This document shows, piece by piece, positions 24,341-36,091 of a DNA stretch of 64,000 nt. The stretch spans positions 1 to 64,000 of the forward strand of contig CATNEN010000038.1 in NCBI GenBank assembly GCA_950097015.1. Direction: 5' to 3'. Made by a program: the position numbers and the translations under genes. The stretch comes from Macrostomum hystrix (lineage: Eukaryota > Animalia > Platyhelminthes). The stretch's first letter is position 1. Each line of letters starts with the position of its first letter. The notes beneath the pieces are model-generated. The model worked only from the letters and a program-made list of their open reading frames with translations, did no database searches and was not told the DNA's origin.

Positions 24341-25274
24341 ACAGGCAGGCAAACAGGTAGACAATTTATTCAGCTTTCAAGTACAACAGAAATTAAAAAA
24401 AACCAGTTGAATAAATTCAAAAGTGTAAATTTCGGACAGCCAGTCAGCCTAATGGGGATTCGGCTGTCCATGGACTGAACAGCTGTACAATAGCTGCGGC
24501 TGTAGGCCCAGTGTTACAGCAGTGAGTTAGATGAGGTTTTGCCGTCATTAGTAGGCTGCGATAATCTGAATTCCTAGTTAAATTTGTTAATCCTGAGCAC
24601 AACTTACCTCAGTAGCTAGGTAATTATGTATCTAGCCCATGATAAGAGAGACTGAGCCGTTTAAAATCGATGTTAGACTCGAGGCGCCAGCAACAACTGG
24701 CCTCCCTTTAATTGATTTTTTCTACCTCAGCAACTCAATAGTGAACAAATGGATCAACTCAGCGCTGAGCAGGTAGAGTTAGTTAGTTAGTCAATTACTG
24801 TCTACAGACCACGAGCTCAATATAACTCGCAAACATAGTGAAGTCCCATTGTCGTTGAGATTGTGAGGCGTGACAAGTTGGGGTTAGGCTTGGAGACCAA
24901 AAGCAGAGCCAAAGCCGGGAGGAAGTTGCAAGATGCTTTCCTTTTTTTGCCTGGCTGCACTCAACTTGGATGGGACTGAGTAGTTTGAGTCAGCTGCCAC
25001 AAAAACGGATCGCTTGAGACGGTGGGGTTGGCGGGTTTGAGCACTGAATGAGGGCTGCTTATTGTGCGTGTCCTGTGAGTCAATAGCAGTGGGCCTACTT
25101 ATGTATTATGGCTTGGGACTGGGCAGTATTTGACGCGGCAGGCTGGAAAGTCGAGAGGGTTTTAGGCACTCTTTAGGATACTTTTGAGTTGCTCAAAGCT
25201 TATCAGCTGTGAGTCTTCAGTGCGCTTTTCATGCTGCTTTTATAATTAGGCTGAAGCATAATAGAACCCCACCT

Positions 25275-25672
25275 GCTTTCTCACACTCAGTCTTTATCCC
25301 ACTCTCACCTTTCTCACATTCAGTCTTTATCCTACTCTCACCTTTTCACATTCAGTCCTTTTCCTACTCTCACCTTTCTCACATTCAGTCTTTATCCTAC
25401 TCTCACCTTTTCACATTCAGTCTTTATCCTACTCTCACCTTTTCACATTCAGTCTTTATCCTACTCTCACCTTTCTGACACTCAGTCTTTATCGTACTCT
25501 CACCTTTTCACATTTAGTCTTTATCCTAATCTCACTTTCTAACACTCAGTCTTTATCCTACTCTCACCTTTCTCACATTCAGTCTTTATCCTATTCTCAC
25601 CTTTCTCACATTCAGTCTTTATCCTATTCTCACCTTTCTCACATTCAGTCTTTATCCTATTCTCACCTTTCT
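25275..25672. repeat. ~32-bp minisatellite (CACATTCAGTCTTTATCCTACTCTCACCTTTT)n
   Basis: Tandem units visible. Confidence 0.95.
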
Positions 25673-26189
25673 CTCTTAACTGAAGCCAGCGGCAAACACA
25701 AGGGAAGACCCAGAGCTAAAGCATGAATGCCGGGCAAGTTTCTATCTGAGCCACCTGATGAGACACTGCTCAAGGCTGGCTTCCCTGCAAAGTGCAGCCA
25801 AACAATAATTTCTTTGATCTTCATCGGCGGAAGGCGAAACGGGAAGAAAATATGCAAGAAACCTTGAAAATCCCCTACTCTGATATGGTGGACTCAGACA
25901 CTGCTCATTCCTGTAGAATTATTCACCAATTTTCTGCAAATGTTCTGCATATTATAATGCTGATCATTGCTAGGAGTCTTCTAGGAGAGTTGTGTTAATT
26001 GCCTCGCGAAAATTGCTTCCCGCTAAAGCTATTGTAATTCTGGCTTGCCTGCAGCTCAGTAAGATGCGACTGGCAATTAGACAGTACAGTTCTTAAAACT
26101 AAAGCCGATTGCAGCTATGCTCAAGACTGAGACTGAGACAGCTGAGACCAAGGTCTCAGTGCGTATTTATCACCCCTAATCCAATAGAT

Positions 26190-27185
26190 TAGCTAATCCA
26201 GGAGATGGGATTATTCTAGTAGAGCTAATCCAGGAGATGGGATTATTCAAGTAGAGCTAATCCAGGAGATGGGATTATTCTAGTAGAGCTAATCCAGGAG
26301 ATGGGATTATTCCAGTAGAGCTAATCCAGGAGATGGGATTATTCCAGTAGAGCTAATCCAGGAGATGGGATTATTCTAGTAGAGCTAATCCAATAGATTG
26401 GATTATTCTAGTAGAGCTAATCCAGGAGATGGGATTATTCTAGTAGAGCTAATCCAGGAGATGGGATTATTCTAGTAGAGCTAATCCAGGAGATGGGATG
26501 ATTCTAGTAGAGCTAATCCAGGAGATGGGATTATTCTAGTAGAGCTAATCCAGGAGATGGGATTATTCCAGTAGAGCTAATCCAATATGGGATCATTCTA
26601 GTAGAGCTAATCCAGGAGATGGGATTATTCCAGTAGAGCTAATCCAATATGGGATCATTCTAGTAGAGCTAATCCAGGAGATGGGATTATTCCAGTAGAG
26701 CTAATCCAGGAGATGGGATTATTCCAGTAGAGCTAATCCAGGAGATGGGATTATTCTAGTAGAGCTAATCCAGGAGATGGGATTATTCCAGTAGAGCTAA
26801 TCCAATATGGGATCATTCTAGTAGAGCTAATCCAGGAGATGGGATTATTCCAGTAGAGCTAATCCAATATGGGATCATTCTAGTAGAGCTAATCCAGGAG
26901 ATGGGATTATTCCAGTAGAGCTAATCCAGGAGATGGGATTATTCCAGTAGAGCTAATCCAGGAGATGGGATTATTCTAGTAGAGCTAATCCAATAGATTG
27001 GATAATTCTAGTAGAGCTAATCCAGGAGATGGGATTATTCTAGTAGAGCTAATCCAATAGATTGGATCATTCTAGTAGAGCTAATCCAGGAGATGGGATT
27101 ATTCTAGTAGAGCTAATCCAATAGATTGGATAATTCTAGTAGAGCTAATCCAGGAGATGGGATTATTCTAGTAGAGCTAATCCAG
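26190..27185. repeat. 32-bp minisatellite (GCTAATCCAGGAGATGGGATTATTCTAGTAGA)n
   Basis: About 31 units. Confidence 0.95.
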
Positions 27186-27819
27186 GGATTATCTAAGAGA
27201 AACATCAATAGATGATGGCACTGTTTCAGTACTGATCTCATGCTGTCATTGGTGTAACTGACTCACCACCCAGCAAATAATGGCCAGAATCCTCGTCGGG
27301 AAATCAGCAACAGCAGCAACAACAGCAGCAGCAGCAGAAGCAGTGGTCAAGTGATTTAATCCAAGAATTCTTGTTGAATCGCTCAGCGGAAGGCAGTTGA
27401 ATGCCGGCAGATTCCCAATTGAAACTTGGCTGTTATTTAAGCAGTTCCGAACGATGAAGCTTTAGCACTATCTCCGATTGGGCAGTGTTCTGAACCCAGT
27501 GCAGGTTATGTCAATATACAGAAGGCCCAATAGCGGTCCCCCAGCTGATATAGAATGCATATAAATATAAGCTTCTGGGTGCAACGAATTTCAGGTGTAA
27601 CTTTATACCCCACTAAACCTTTCAACTAGCAATGCCATTGCGATGTAGTGCTGCCAGCCAACCACTCATGTCGATACATCAACCCCACCACCATATGTCA
27701 GCCAATAAGATTGCGGTGCTATTGCCATTGGCTCAGACTAATTTACAGTAGCACATACTAAGCAGGCTGGCCCTGCTCTTAATATAATACTACAGCTAAT
27801 TGCACCAGTAGGCTCTCTG

Positions 27820-28610
27820 CTGTCTCATCTCTTTCTTGCCACATCTCTCCCTGTCTCATCTCTCATTTCTCACCTGTCTCATCTCTCACCTGTCTCATTT
27901 CTCGCCTGTCTCATCTCTCGCCTGTCTCATCTCTCACCTGTCTCATCTCTCATCTGTCTCATTTCTCACCTGTCTCATCTCTCGCCTGTCTCATCTCTCA
28001 CCTGTCTCATCTCTCATCTGTCTCATTTCTCACCTGTCTCATCTCTCACCAGTCTTATCTCTCATCTGTCTCATCTCTCACCTGTCTAATCTCTCACCAG
28101 TCTTATCTCTCATCTGTCTCATTTCTCACCTGTCACATCTCTCATGTGTCTCATCTATTTCTTGCCACATCTCTCCCTGTCTCATCTCTCATCTGTCTTA
28201 TGTCTCATTTCTCACCTGTCACATCTCTCACCTGTCTTGTCTCTCACCTGTCTCACCTCTCATCTGTCTCATCTCTCACCTGTCACATCTCTCATGTGTC
28301 TCATCTATTTCTTGCCACATCTCTCCCTGTCTCATCTCTCATCTGTCTCATTTCCCACCTGTCACATCTCTCACCTGTCTCACCTCTCACATCTCTCACC
28401 TGTCTCACCTCTCACATCTCTCACCTGTCTTGTCTCTCACCTGTCTCACCTGTCACATCTCTCATGTGCCTCATCTCTTACTTGTCACATATCTCACCTG
28501 TCACATCTCTTTTTTGCCTTATCTCTCACCAGTCAAATCTCTTACCTGCCTTATCTCCACCCTGTCACATTTTTCTCGTGCCTTATCTGTCACCCGTCTC
28601 ATCTCTCAAC
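27820..28610. repeat. Degenerate 16-bp CT-rich minisatellite (CTCACCTGTCTCATCT)n
   Basis: Tandem units visible; similar in composition to 3975-4120. Confidence 0.9.
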
Positions 28611-29002
28611 TGTCAACCCGGCCTGTTTTTAAAAAACTGATTTACAACAAAGGAAGCAGTAATCGACAGCACTTACTGAGAAAATTTTCTGCAAAAATTC
28701 CATGTGCTGTAGCCATAACTCGGAGATTAAAATGAAACCGGAGCTTATTTTGTAATTAATTTTACAGCAAAAATTGTAGTAAAAAGCTAAAATGCCACAC
28801 ATGCCTACTTACAGAAGTAGCGTAACAGAATTTTTTCATTACAAGAGTAATTGGTGAAAACTAGCATACACTTAATACACAACAGAGGGGATGAACAATG
28901 AAAAAACTATTTAAGCTAACATGAATGCTTAGTCTTGATTGCAAAAAACTGGTTACACAATCAACTTTGATGAGCACATATGGGGAATAGAATATAAATA
29001 TG

Positions 29003-29563
29003 AGTTCAGAACTACACCGGTGAATTCAGAACTACACAGGTGAATTCAGAACTGCACAGGTGAATTCAGAACCACACAGGTGAATCCAGAACTGCACCGG
29101 TGAATTCAGAACTGCACAGGTGAATTCAGAACTGCACAGGTGAATTCAGAACTGCACCGGTGAATTCAGAACTGCACAGGTGAATCCAGAACTGCACAGG
29201 TGAATTCAGAACTGCACCGGTGAATTCAGAACTGCACAGGTGAATCCAGAACTGCACAGGTGAATTCAGAACTGCACAGGTGAATCCAGAACTGCACAGG
29301 TGAATTCAGAACTGCACAGGTGAATTCAGAACTGCACAGGTGAATTCAGAACTGCACAGGTGAATTCAGAACTGCACAGGTGAATTCAGAACTGCACAGG
29401 TGAATTCAGAACTGCACAGGTGAATCCAGAACTGCACAGGTGAATTCAGAACTGCACAGGTGAATCCAGAACTGCACAGGTGAATTCAGAACTGCACAGG
29501 TGAATTCAGAACTGCACAGGTGAATTCAGAACTACACAAGTGAATTCAGAACTGCACAGGTGA
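29003..29563. repeat. 20-bp minisatellite (GAATTCAGAACTGCACAGGT)n
   Basis: About 28 units. Confidence 0.95.
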
Positions 29564-29652
29564 AACAAAAAATAGAATATCAGCAACAAGAATAGCACAA
29601 AAAGTGAAAAGCAGTATCAGCTCAAACGAGCAAGTTTGTCAGGCAGCAGAGC

Positions 29653-32600
29653 TCACATTGCAGAAGGATCCATGCTCCACTGCATCTGGGCGTGCATCAT
29701 CGCCTCCTGGATCTCCTTGACGCATTTGATCCTGTTCAGCCATCGGTGGAGCTCTGACTCGGACAGGCAGGCCTCCCGGCTGTACCAAACTGGGTCGGCG
29801 GCGTCGCAGGCTCGCTGCCGATCCGGCAGCAGGTAGAATGGCTCGCTGGGACCAGCCACTGAGGCTGGGAACTGGGGCCGCTTGGCCAGGTAAACCTGTA
29901 GCAGGAGGCGAAGCATTTCATTGAATAATTAGGCTGCCCTGCTTCCTTTGGCTCACTAGCACTAGCAAATCAGACATGGAAAGTCAATGCCGACCAATCA
30001 CAGAAATCCTTCACATCCAAACTTAGTGCTAGCCAATCAGAGAAGCTCATAGACAATCAAACTCAATGCTGACCAATCAGAGAAGCTCATAGACAATCAA
30101 ACTCAATGCTGACCAATCAGAGAAGCTCATAGACAATCAAACTCAATGCTGACCAATCAGAGAAGCTCATAGACAATCAAACTCAATGCTGACCAATCAG
30201 AGGAGCTCATAGATAATCAAACTCAATGCTGACCAATCAGAGAAGCGATTGACATATCACCACATGCTGGCCATACAGAAGCTCTAAGGATAGGTTGCTG
30301 CAATTTAGCCATCTAGCTGCATGATACATCAATAAGCCAAGACACACCTGAAAAAGCCTAACTGGACACTTCAATGGATCAGCCGCCTCCGTCAGTTCGT
30401 AGGTCATGCCGGCAGCATAGCCGCTCTGTGGACTAAAACGCAAAGCGTAGGAATTAGACGAGCCGGCTACCGGAACCAGGCCAAACTGGCCCATTGTGAG
30501 GGCTGCGTGCTCCTGCGCCGTGTGCAGGCCCACATACAGGGTGAGAAAATAGAAGAGGGTGAAGAGCAACGAGTCAGCACTGTGAAATCCCAACTGGCGG
30601 CACTCCCACAGGTGCAGCTCTTCAATGCGACAGACCAGGGTACCATCCTCCGTGACGCGAGCGGTGTACCTGGCAATGGACAGAATTTTATTTGCACTCA
30701 TTGACTTTTTATTACAATCCTGTATCGAAATCCCAACCATGTTAACCAACTAAATCTCTGTCCTTTCTCACCGGTCCAGCACGGTGTCCAGCGCGTGGCA
30801 GAAGTCGTAAAACACCGGCCCGCCGCAGAAAAAATTCTCGTCGCGACCGCGGTCGATAGCCAGGTGGCCCTGCAGGCCCAGGCAGAGGTAGTACACAGAA
30901 TCAGCCGCATATTCCTCTCCGCTGGGCTTTCGCACCTCGCGAACAAATCTGGCGAGAGCATCGGCCAGCTCAAGGGTGTCCAACTCGCCGGGGTCAAGCG
31001 GCGCAGAGCCGACATTGTCGCCGCTGGCAGCCGCGGCGGCGGCGGTTGCTCGAGTCCAGTTCTTCCAGGCGGTCAGGCCGTAGGAGAACTTCAAGCTCAT
31101 GGACACAGAGGAGCGGGGACGCTTGCTGGCGGCCAGCACCTGCCGGAGTATGAAAGGAGATGGGATTTAAATATATATCAGACAATAGGGAGCTGCGAAA
31201 TAAAATTAAGAGGATTTCAAATGTGATAAGGATTTAGGAATGGGATAAATTTTAAGCATAAGATGAGGATTAGAGATAGAAAGAGGAATTGAGATTGGAT
31301 GAGGATCAGAGAATCTAGGATGAGGATTTGAGATGGGATGTGGATTCGGGATGGGATAAGGATTCGGGATGGGATGAGGATTCAGGATTAGATAAGTATT
31401 CGGGATGGGATGAGGATTCGGGATTAGATAAGTATTCGGGATGGGATGAGGATTCAGGATTAGATAAGTATTCGGGATGGGATGAGGATTCAGGATTAGA
31501 TAAGTATTCGGGATGGGATGAGGATTCGGGATTAGATGAGGATTTGGGGTGGGATGTGGATAGCTGGCCCTACGAGGATAATTGACGACATGAGAGATGC
31601 AATGAGGAATCGGAATTGGACATTGGACATTGGAGGAAGATTCCAGATACAACAAGAGCGGCTAAGGTACGCACCAGCTGGGTGGCCTCTTCAGCAGCGC
31701 GACGCTTTCTAGCCAGCTGCTGCTGAACCCCGGCATCGGCGACTGCGGCATCAGCAGCCGCGGCAGCGACTGCGGCAGCATCGGCGGTAGTCGCCGAAGT
31801 TGTCCTAGTCGGCCCGAAAGCGGCCGCCATGTCGGCGGCAACAGCGGCAGCCTGAGCCGGTGTCTCCAGGAGTACCACGAACGGCACCGGTACTGGCACA
31901 GGTATGAACACCGGTATGCCGGGTCTGGCAGGTGGAGCGCGCAGCCGGACTGGCACAGGGGCGTACACTGGCACCGGGCAGGGCAGGAGGCCCTGGCGAC
32001 CGTCACCGAACAGGGCGCCGGGCGGCTCAGCTGTGGTCTAATTGGCCAGGGCGGCAGGAAACATACAGAATAGTAGTACTTTTAAACAATAGTAGTATAA
32101 CATAAACATCAGTAGAGAATTGAGATGAAGGGAAGCAGCTAACAGACTGGCTGGGAGATGAAGGGAAGCAGCTAACAGACTGGCTGGGAGATGAAGGGAA
32201 GCAGCTAACAGACTGGCTGGGAGATGAAGGGAAGCAGCTAACAGACTGGCTGGGAGATGAAGGGAAGCAGCTAACAGACTGGCTGGGAGATGAAGGGAAG
32301 CAGCTAACAGACTGGCTGGGAGATGAAGGGAAGCAGCTAACAGACTGGCTGGGAGATGAAGTGAAGCAGCTAACAGACTGGCAGGGAGATATCAGTGTAG
32401 GACTGGCTTACCTGGGAATCGGTGTCAGACACAATTGGTTCAACCTGCAGGCTTCTAGTGACGCACATAGGCCTGCACAAAGCCGATTTGTTCTGTGAGG
32501 ACAGCGGTGGAGCTGCCTGCACCAGGACCTGATGGTCGATGCCAAGCTGGCGGACAAGGTCCATTGGCACAGCTGTGAAGGCATCCTTGCCTAAGCGAAC

Positions 32601-32696
32601 ACGTTCTAAGGGTCGAACCATTGTGCCAAAGCCATCAGTTCGAGTCAATTGAACTTGCTGCTGCGGCTCAGAATCTACTGATGCTACAGTTGACAT
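29653..32696 (-). CDS. ZMYM2/3/4 (woc)-like protein with Pro-Val-rich region and C-terminal DUF3504, ~526 aa
   Basis: Exons 32696..32412, 32037..31675, 31139..30772, 30669..30348 and 29895..29653, all GT-AG with matching phases. Motifs NKSALCRP, PVPVYAPVP..PVPVPVP, LKFSYGLTAWKNW, RFVREVRKPSGEEYAADSVYYLCLGLQ, LWECRQLG, DPLKCPVRLF, PFYLLP..PVWY match the ZMYM C-terminal half. Confidence 0.88.
29990..30245. repeat. 40-bp minisatellite (ACCAATCAGAGAAGCTCATAGACAATCAAACTCAATGCTG)n, intronic
   Basis: About 6 units. Confidence 0.9.
31320..31560. repeat. 36-bp minisatellite (GGATGAGGATTCRGGATTAGATAAGTATTCGGGATG)n, intronic
   Basis: Tandem units visible. Confidence 0.85.
32122..32390. repeat. 33-bp minisatellite (GAGATGAAGGGAAGCAGCTAACAGACTGGCTGG)n, intronic
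   Basis: About 8 units. Confidence 0.95.
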
Positions 32697-34704
32697 GGTT
32701 GAAACCTGAAATAGTTTAATCCCACAAAACTAACAAAGAACTTGCAAAAACAAAACAGTTCAAATATTTGAGATTTTAGTACTGTGTCACAAGCAACTTT
32801 CACTGTGCTTTGGAAGTTGTAAACTAGCTAGTATATTATTTAATATCCATATTGTTGAAAAGCATGGCAGGCCTATCTGTTTTCCATGGATCAGAGGGTC
32901 AAATAACCAAATCAAAACTGTAACAGTTTTCCAAACTTATTGATTAATTGTAACTTTATTTACTTTTGGCCACACTGGCACGCTGCTTATTCAAAAACAT
33001 TTACAATTGCTTTTATATTTTGTAGGGCCATCTTTATCTCATCACTTTGACAGAATTGTAATTATTCTTAGAATCAGGTTGTTAATAATTTCAGAGTATT
33101 AAGGCCAATTATTTAGTAAGGTCTCTTAGTATATCTTATTCAAATTTATGGTAGCAGTCAAACTGATTGCACAAGCGGTCGGGTCCATTTAATTACCAAG
33201 ACGGACTGAGATGGGCCGAGACAGGCCAAGATGGTGCCAAAACTGGCAGAGACGGTCCAAGACAGACAGACCAAGACAGACATGGGCTAACCCCTGTGTT
33301 TAAACACTGAGACAGATTAGCACAAAAGTGTTTATTTAAAGAGATAGGCTACCATACGTGTTCAATTACCAAGATAGGCTACTATACACATGCATGTATA
33401 AGTACATGCTTGAGTACTGAGACAGATCAGCTCTGTGCAATTCCGGCTAGTATTACATGTAAAAATTATTATTGCATGTATCTAACGTATCTACTGTATT
33501 GAAGTCAATACAATTATCCTCAGAAAATAATGCAACGTGCTGCTAACTGTTTATTTGCAGCTATATTATATACAACTTGTAATGTTTCGTATGTTTCAGA
33601 ATACTCGTATTCTGAATGTTTCGTATGCTAAGTAAAACAAAGTACACTATACTATTGCCCATTGTTGTGTTGCATCATCTGTGCAACATGTATTTACCCT
33701 TTGCATGGTGTTTCTTTTCTGGCTTTCACCGTGGCCCTTCTTTTGAAGGAATAATTAATTGTCCACAATTAGGCCACAACAGCCATAAACTATCCAGTGA
33801 CAAGTGGCAAGAAGACAGACTTATCTACAGTACTCACTGAGCCCTGAGTAGCAGCGACAAGACATAAGGAAGAAATAAAGGAAAAAAGGCAATATATTTG
33901 GCATTAGAGTAAATTGTGTCTCTCATAGGAGGTATCATGTTGCTAAGTCTGTCTCTGTTTGTAGCTGCTTTGTTCGTTCCTTCCTCATTTCAGGCTAGCC
34001 ATTTCAGCCCAAAGAGGCTATTGTTGTGATCCGCCTCTCGGCTAAAAACCTTGAGAACAGCTCAGCAAGGGGGACCAGACAGCCAGCAGATCCCGCAGTC
34101 CATAACTGCCTATGCTGCCCCCATCCAGGAGCCAGCCTGCCTCTGAATACTCCTGGGCCTTCCATTCCCGATCATGCCAGCCCTGTAGTAGCTAGATTAG
34201 GTGGTGTTTGGCCAAGGACCTGTAGCAGCAAGGTGGTTGCTATGCAGGCACAGCAGGGGAGATGCAAAGCTAGAGGAGCCAAACTGCAGGAAAAAGACCC
34301 TCCCCCCAAATGGATACAACTAGGGATGGACAAGAGAATCAGAGACACTAATGCAAGGATGCAGATGGACAAAGGGAGACGTGGGACAAAGCAGGATCAT
34401 CAGACATGACCATGGACAAACGGGTAGACCAAGGATGAAAACAGGCAGCAGAGGGAGGACAGAACCACTTTGCTTTATTACACTTTATTCCACTTTGGTC
34501 CACAGGTGTTGGTCTGTTTCAATATACAGTATTTAAGCATGAATGTACATGTATGCACTGGTCTGTCTCAGTACTCAAACACATTATACTTATACACACG
34601 CATGTGTCATGCTTTATAGTAGCCTGTCTCGGCAACTGAACATGTATGGTAGCCCATCTTGGTAATTGAACAAGTGTGGTAGCCTATCTTGGTAATTGAA
34701 CAAG

Positions 34705-35088
34705 TGTAGTAGGGATGCTTTTATTATTTCTTTAAAGTCAAATTCGTGCCTATGCTTTTTGTTTGAATGCGCTAAATATTTTTTATATGTAAAATATTTT
34801 AAATATTTTGTCAAATTCGTTTACTTTAACAAACATTTTCTTTTGTGTATATAAACGAGTGTAATTCAGTTGAGACGAATCAACGTGCCAGTGTGGCGAA
34901 AAGCAAATAAGCTATTACTGAAGAAGAAAAGTGTTGAGTTGGTTATTTGAGGCTGTGACCCTCTGATCCACAGAAAACGCCCAGCAAAGACTGGAGAATA
35001 GTAAGCCAGTGCCTTAAAAGGTTAAACCACTCGTGCCGAGTGATACGCTACCATTAGAGAGAAAAGTGGAGAGACAAGCCCTGTTACA
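34705..35088 (+). repeat. 5' LTR
   Basis: TGTAGTAGGG...CCCTGTTACA, direct repeat of 39833-40216. Confidence 0.95.
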
Positions 35089-35092
35089 ACTT

Positions 35093-35104
35093 TGGTGGCA
35101 GCGG
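35093..35104 (+). promoter_or_regulatory. Primer binding site complementary to the tRNA-Leu 3' end
   Basis: TGGTGGCAGCGG starts 5 nt after the LTR and is complementary to ...CCGCUGCCACCA. Confidence 0.75.
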
Positions 35105-35148
35105 AAAGGATCAGAGAAACAGCGAAATAACCCCATTGAGGAGTAACA

Positions 35149-36057
35149 ATGGATCAAGCTCAAGTACAAGATTTGATGGCTGTACTCGCGGAAGAGCTGA
35201 GAAATCGGTTGGAGATTGCTCCAACACGCCATGTGAAGATCCAAAAGTTCACACCTAATCAGGATATTCAGGTGTGGCTCACCGCATTTGATCAAAGATG
35301 CGAGACAGAAGGAATTGATGTGGACCATCGAAAGCAGGAATTGCTTGCCAACTTGGACTTGTCCACAGCATTTGCCTCTGTACAGAGAATGAACCTCCCA
35401 GAAAACCTTGACTACGAAGAATTCAAGGAGCGGATAGCAGAAAGATTCGGACGAACTGGAAGCCCAGCAGAATTCAGAGAAGAGTTTCGAGGAAGAATGC
35501 AAGGCAAGAATGAATCGGTAGAAGCCTATTCAGATAGTCTGATTGAACTGGCTGCCAGAGCCTTCCCAAACATGACAATGGAGCAACGAGAAGATGAACT
35601 GGTTGAGCAATACATCAAGGGAGCCAAGATATCCGCTGACATGAGGGAGAAACTAATCTTTGCTCAGCCTGCCAATCTACAGGAACTAAAGAGAATGCTT
35701 AGAAGGTTGGAAGCCGCCTGGAGCATGACACACAAAGGTGCCGGAGTAAGGATTACCAGAAATGGTGAAGAGGAAGAGGAGTCTCTAAGGGCAACAATTG
35801 TGAAGCAGAAGGAAGAAATTGAAAGACAGCAGAAACTCTTGCAGGAGCTCACCAGCAAAATGGCTGAGAAACAGTACGTACCAAGGAAGCCATATGTACC
35901 TAAGTTCCTGCAACAGCAGAATACGCAGTACAATGGGCCGCAATTCTTGAACCAGAACCGAACCTGCTTCAACTGCGGAAAACTCGGCCATATTGCCAGA
36001 TTCTGTCCTATGAGGATGGGCAACGGTCAGCAGAACTTCCAGAACCAGGGAAACTAA
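35149..36057 (+). CDS. gag: Gypsy Gag (capsid-like region plus CCHC zinc knuckle)
   Basis: 302-aa ORF with QGKNESVEAYSDSL (major homology region) and CFNCGKLGHIARFC. Confidence 0.9.
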   Translation: MDQAQVQDLMAVLAEELRNRLEIAPTRHVKIQKFTPNQDIQVWLTAFDQRCETEGIDVDHRKQELLANLDLSTAFASVQRMNLPENLDYEEFKERIAERFGRTGSPAEFREEFRGRMQGKNESVEAYSDSLIELAARAFPNMTMEQREDELVEQYIKGAKISADMREKLIFAQPANLQELKRMLRRLEAAWSMTHKGAGVRITRNGEEEEESLRATIVKQKEEIERQQKLLQELTSKMAEKQYVPRKPYVPKFLQQQNTQYNGPQFLNQNRTCFNCGKLGHIARFCPMRMGNGQQNFQNQGN

Positions 36058-36091
36058 AATACGAGGGACGTAAGTCGAGGCCCCGTTCCTC
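36048..36091 (+). promoter_or_regulatory. -1 programmed ribosomal frameshift signal (gag to pol)
   Basis: Slippery heptamer G GGA AAC (36048-36054) immediately before the gag TAA, 8-nt spacer, stem GAGGGACG/CGTTCCTC; the -1 frame is open into pol. Confidence 0.8.

Noticed and set aside
26190-27185. CRISPR-like appearance of the 20-47 bp arrays
   Set aside because: Units are contiguous with no unique spacers, there are no cas genes, and the context is eukaryotic.
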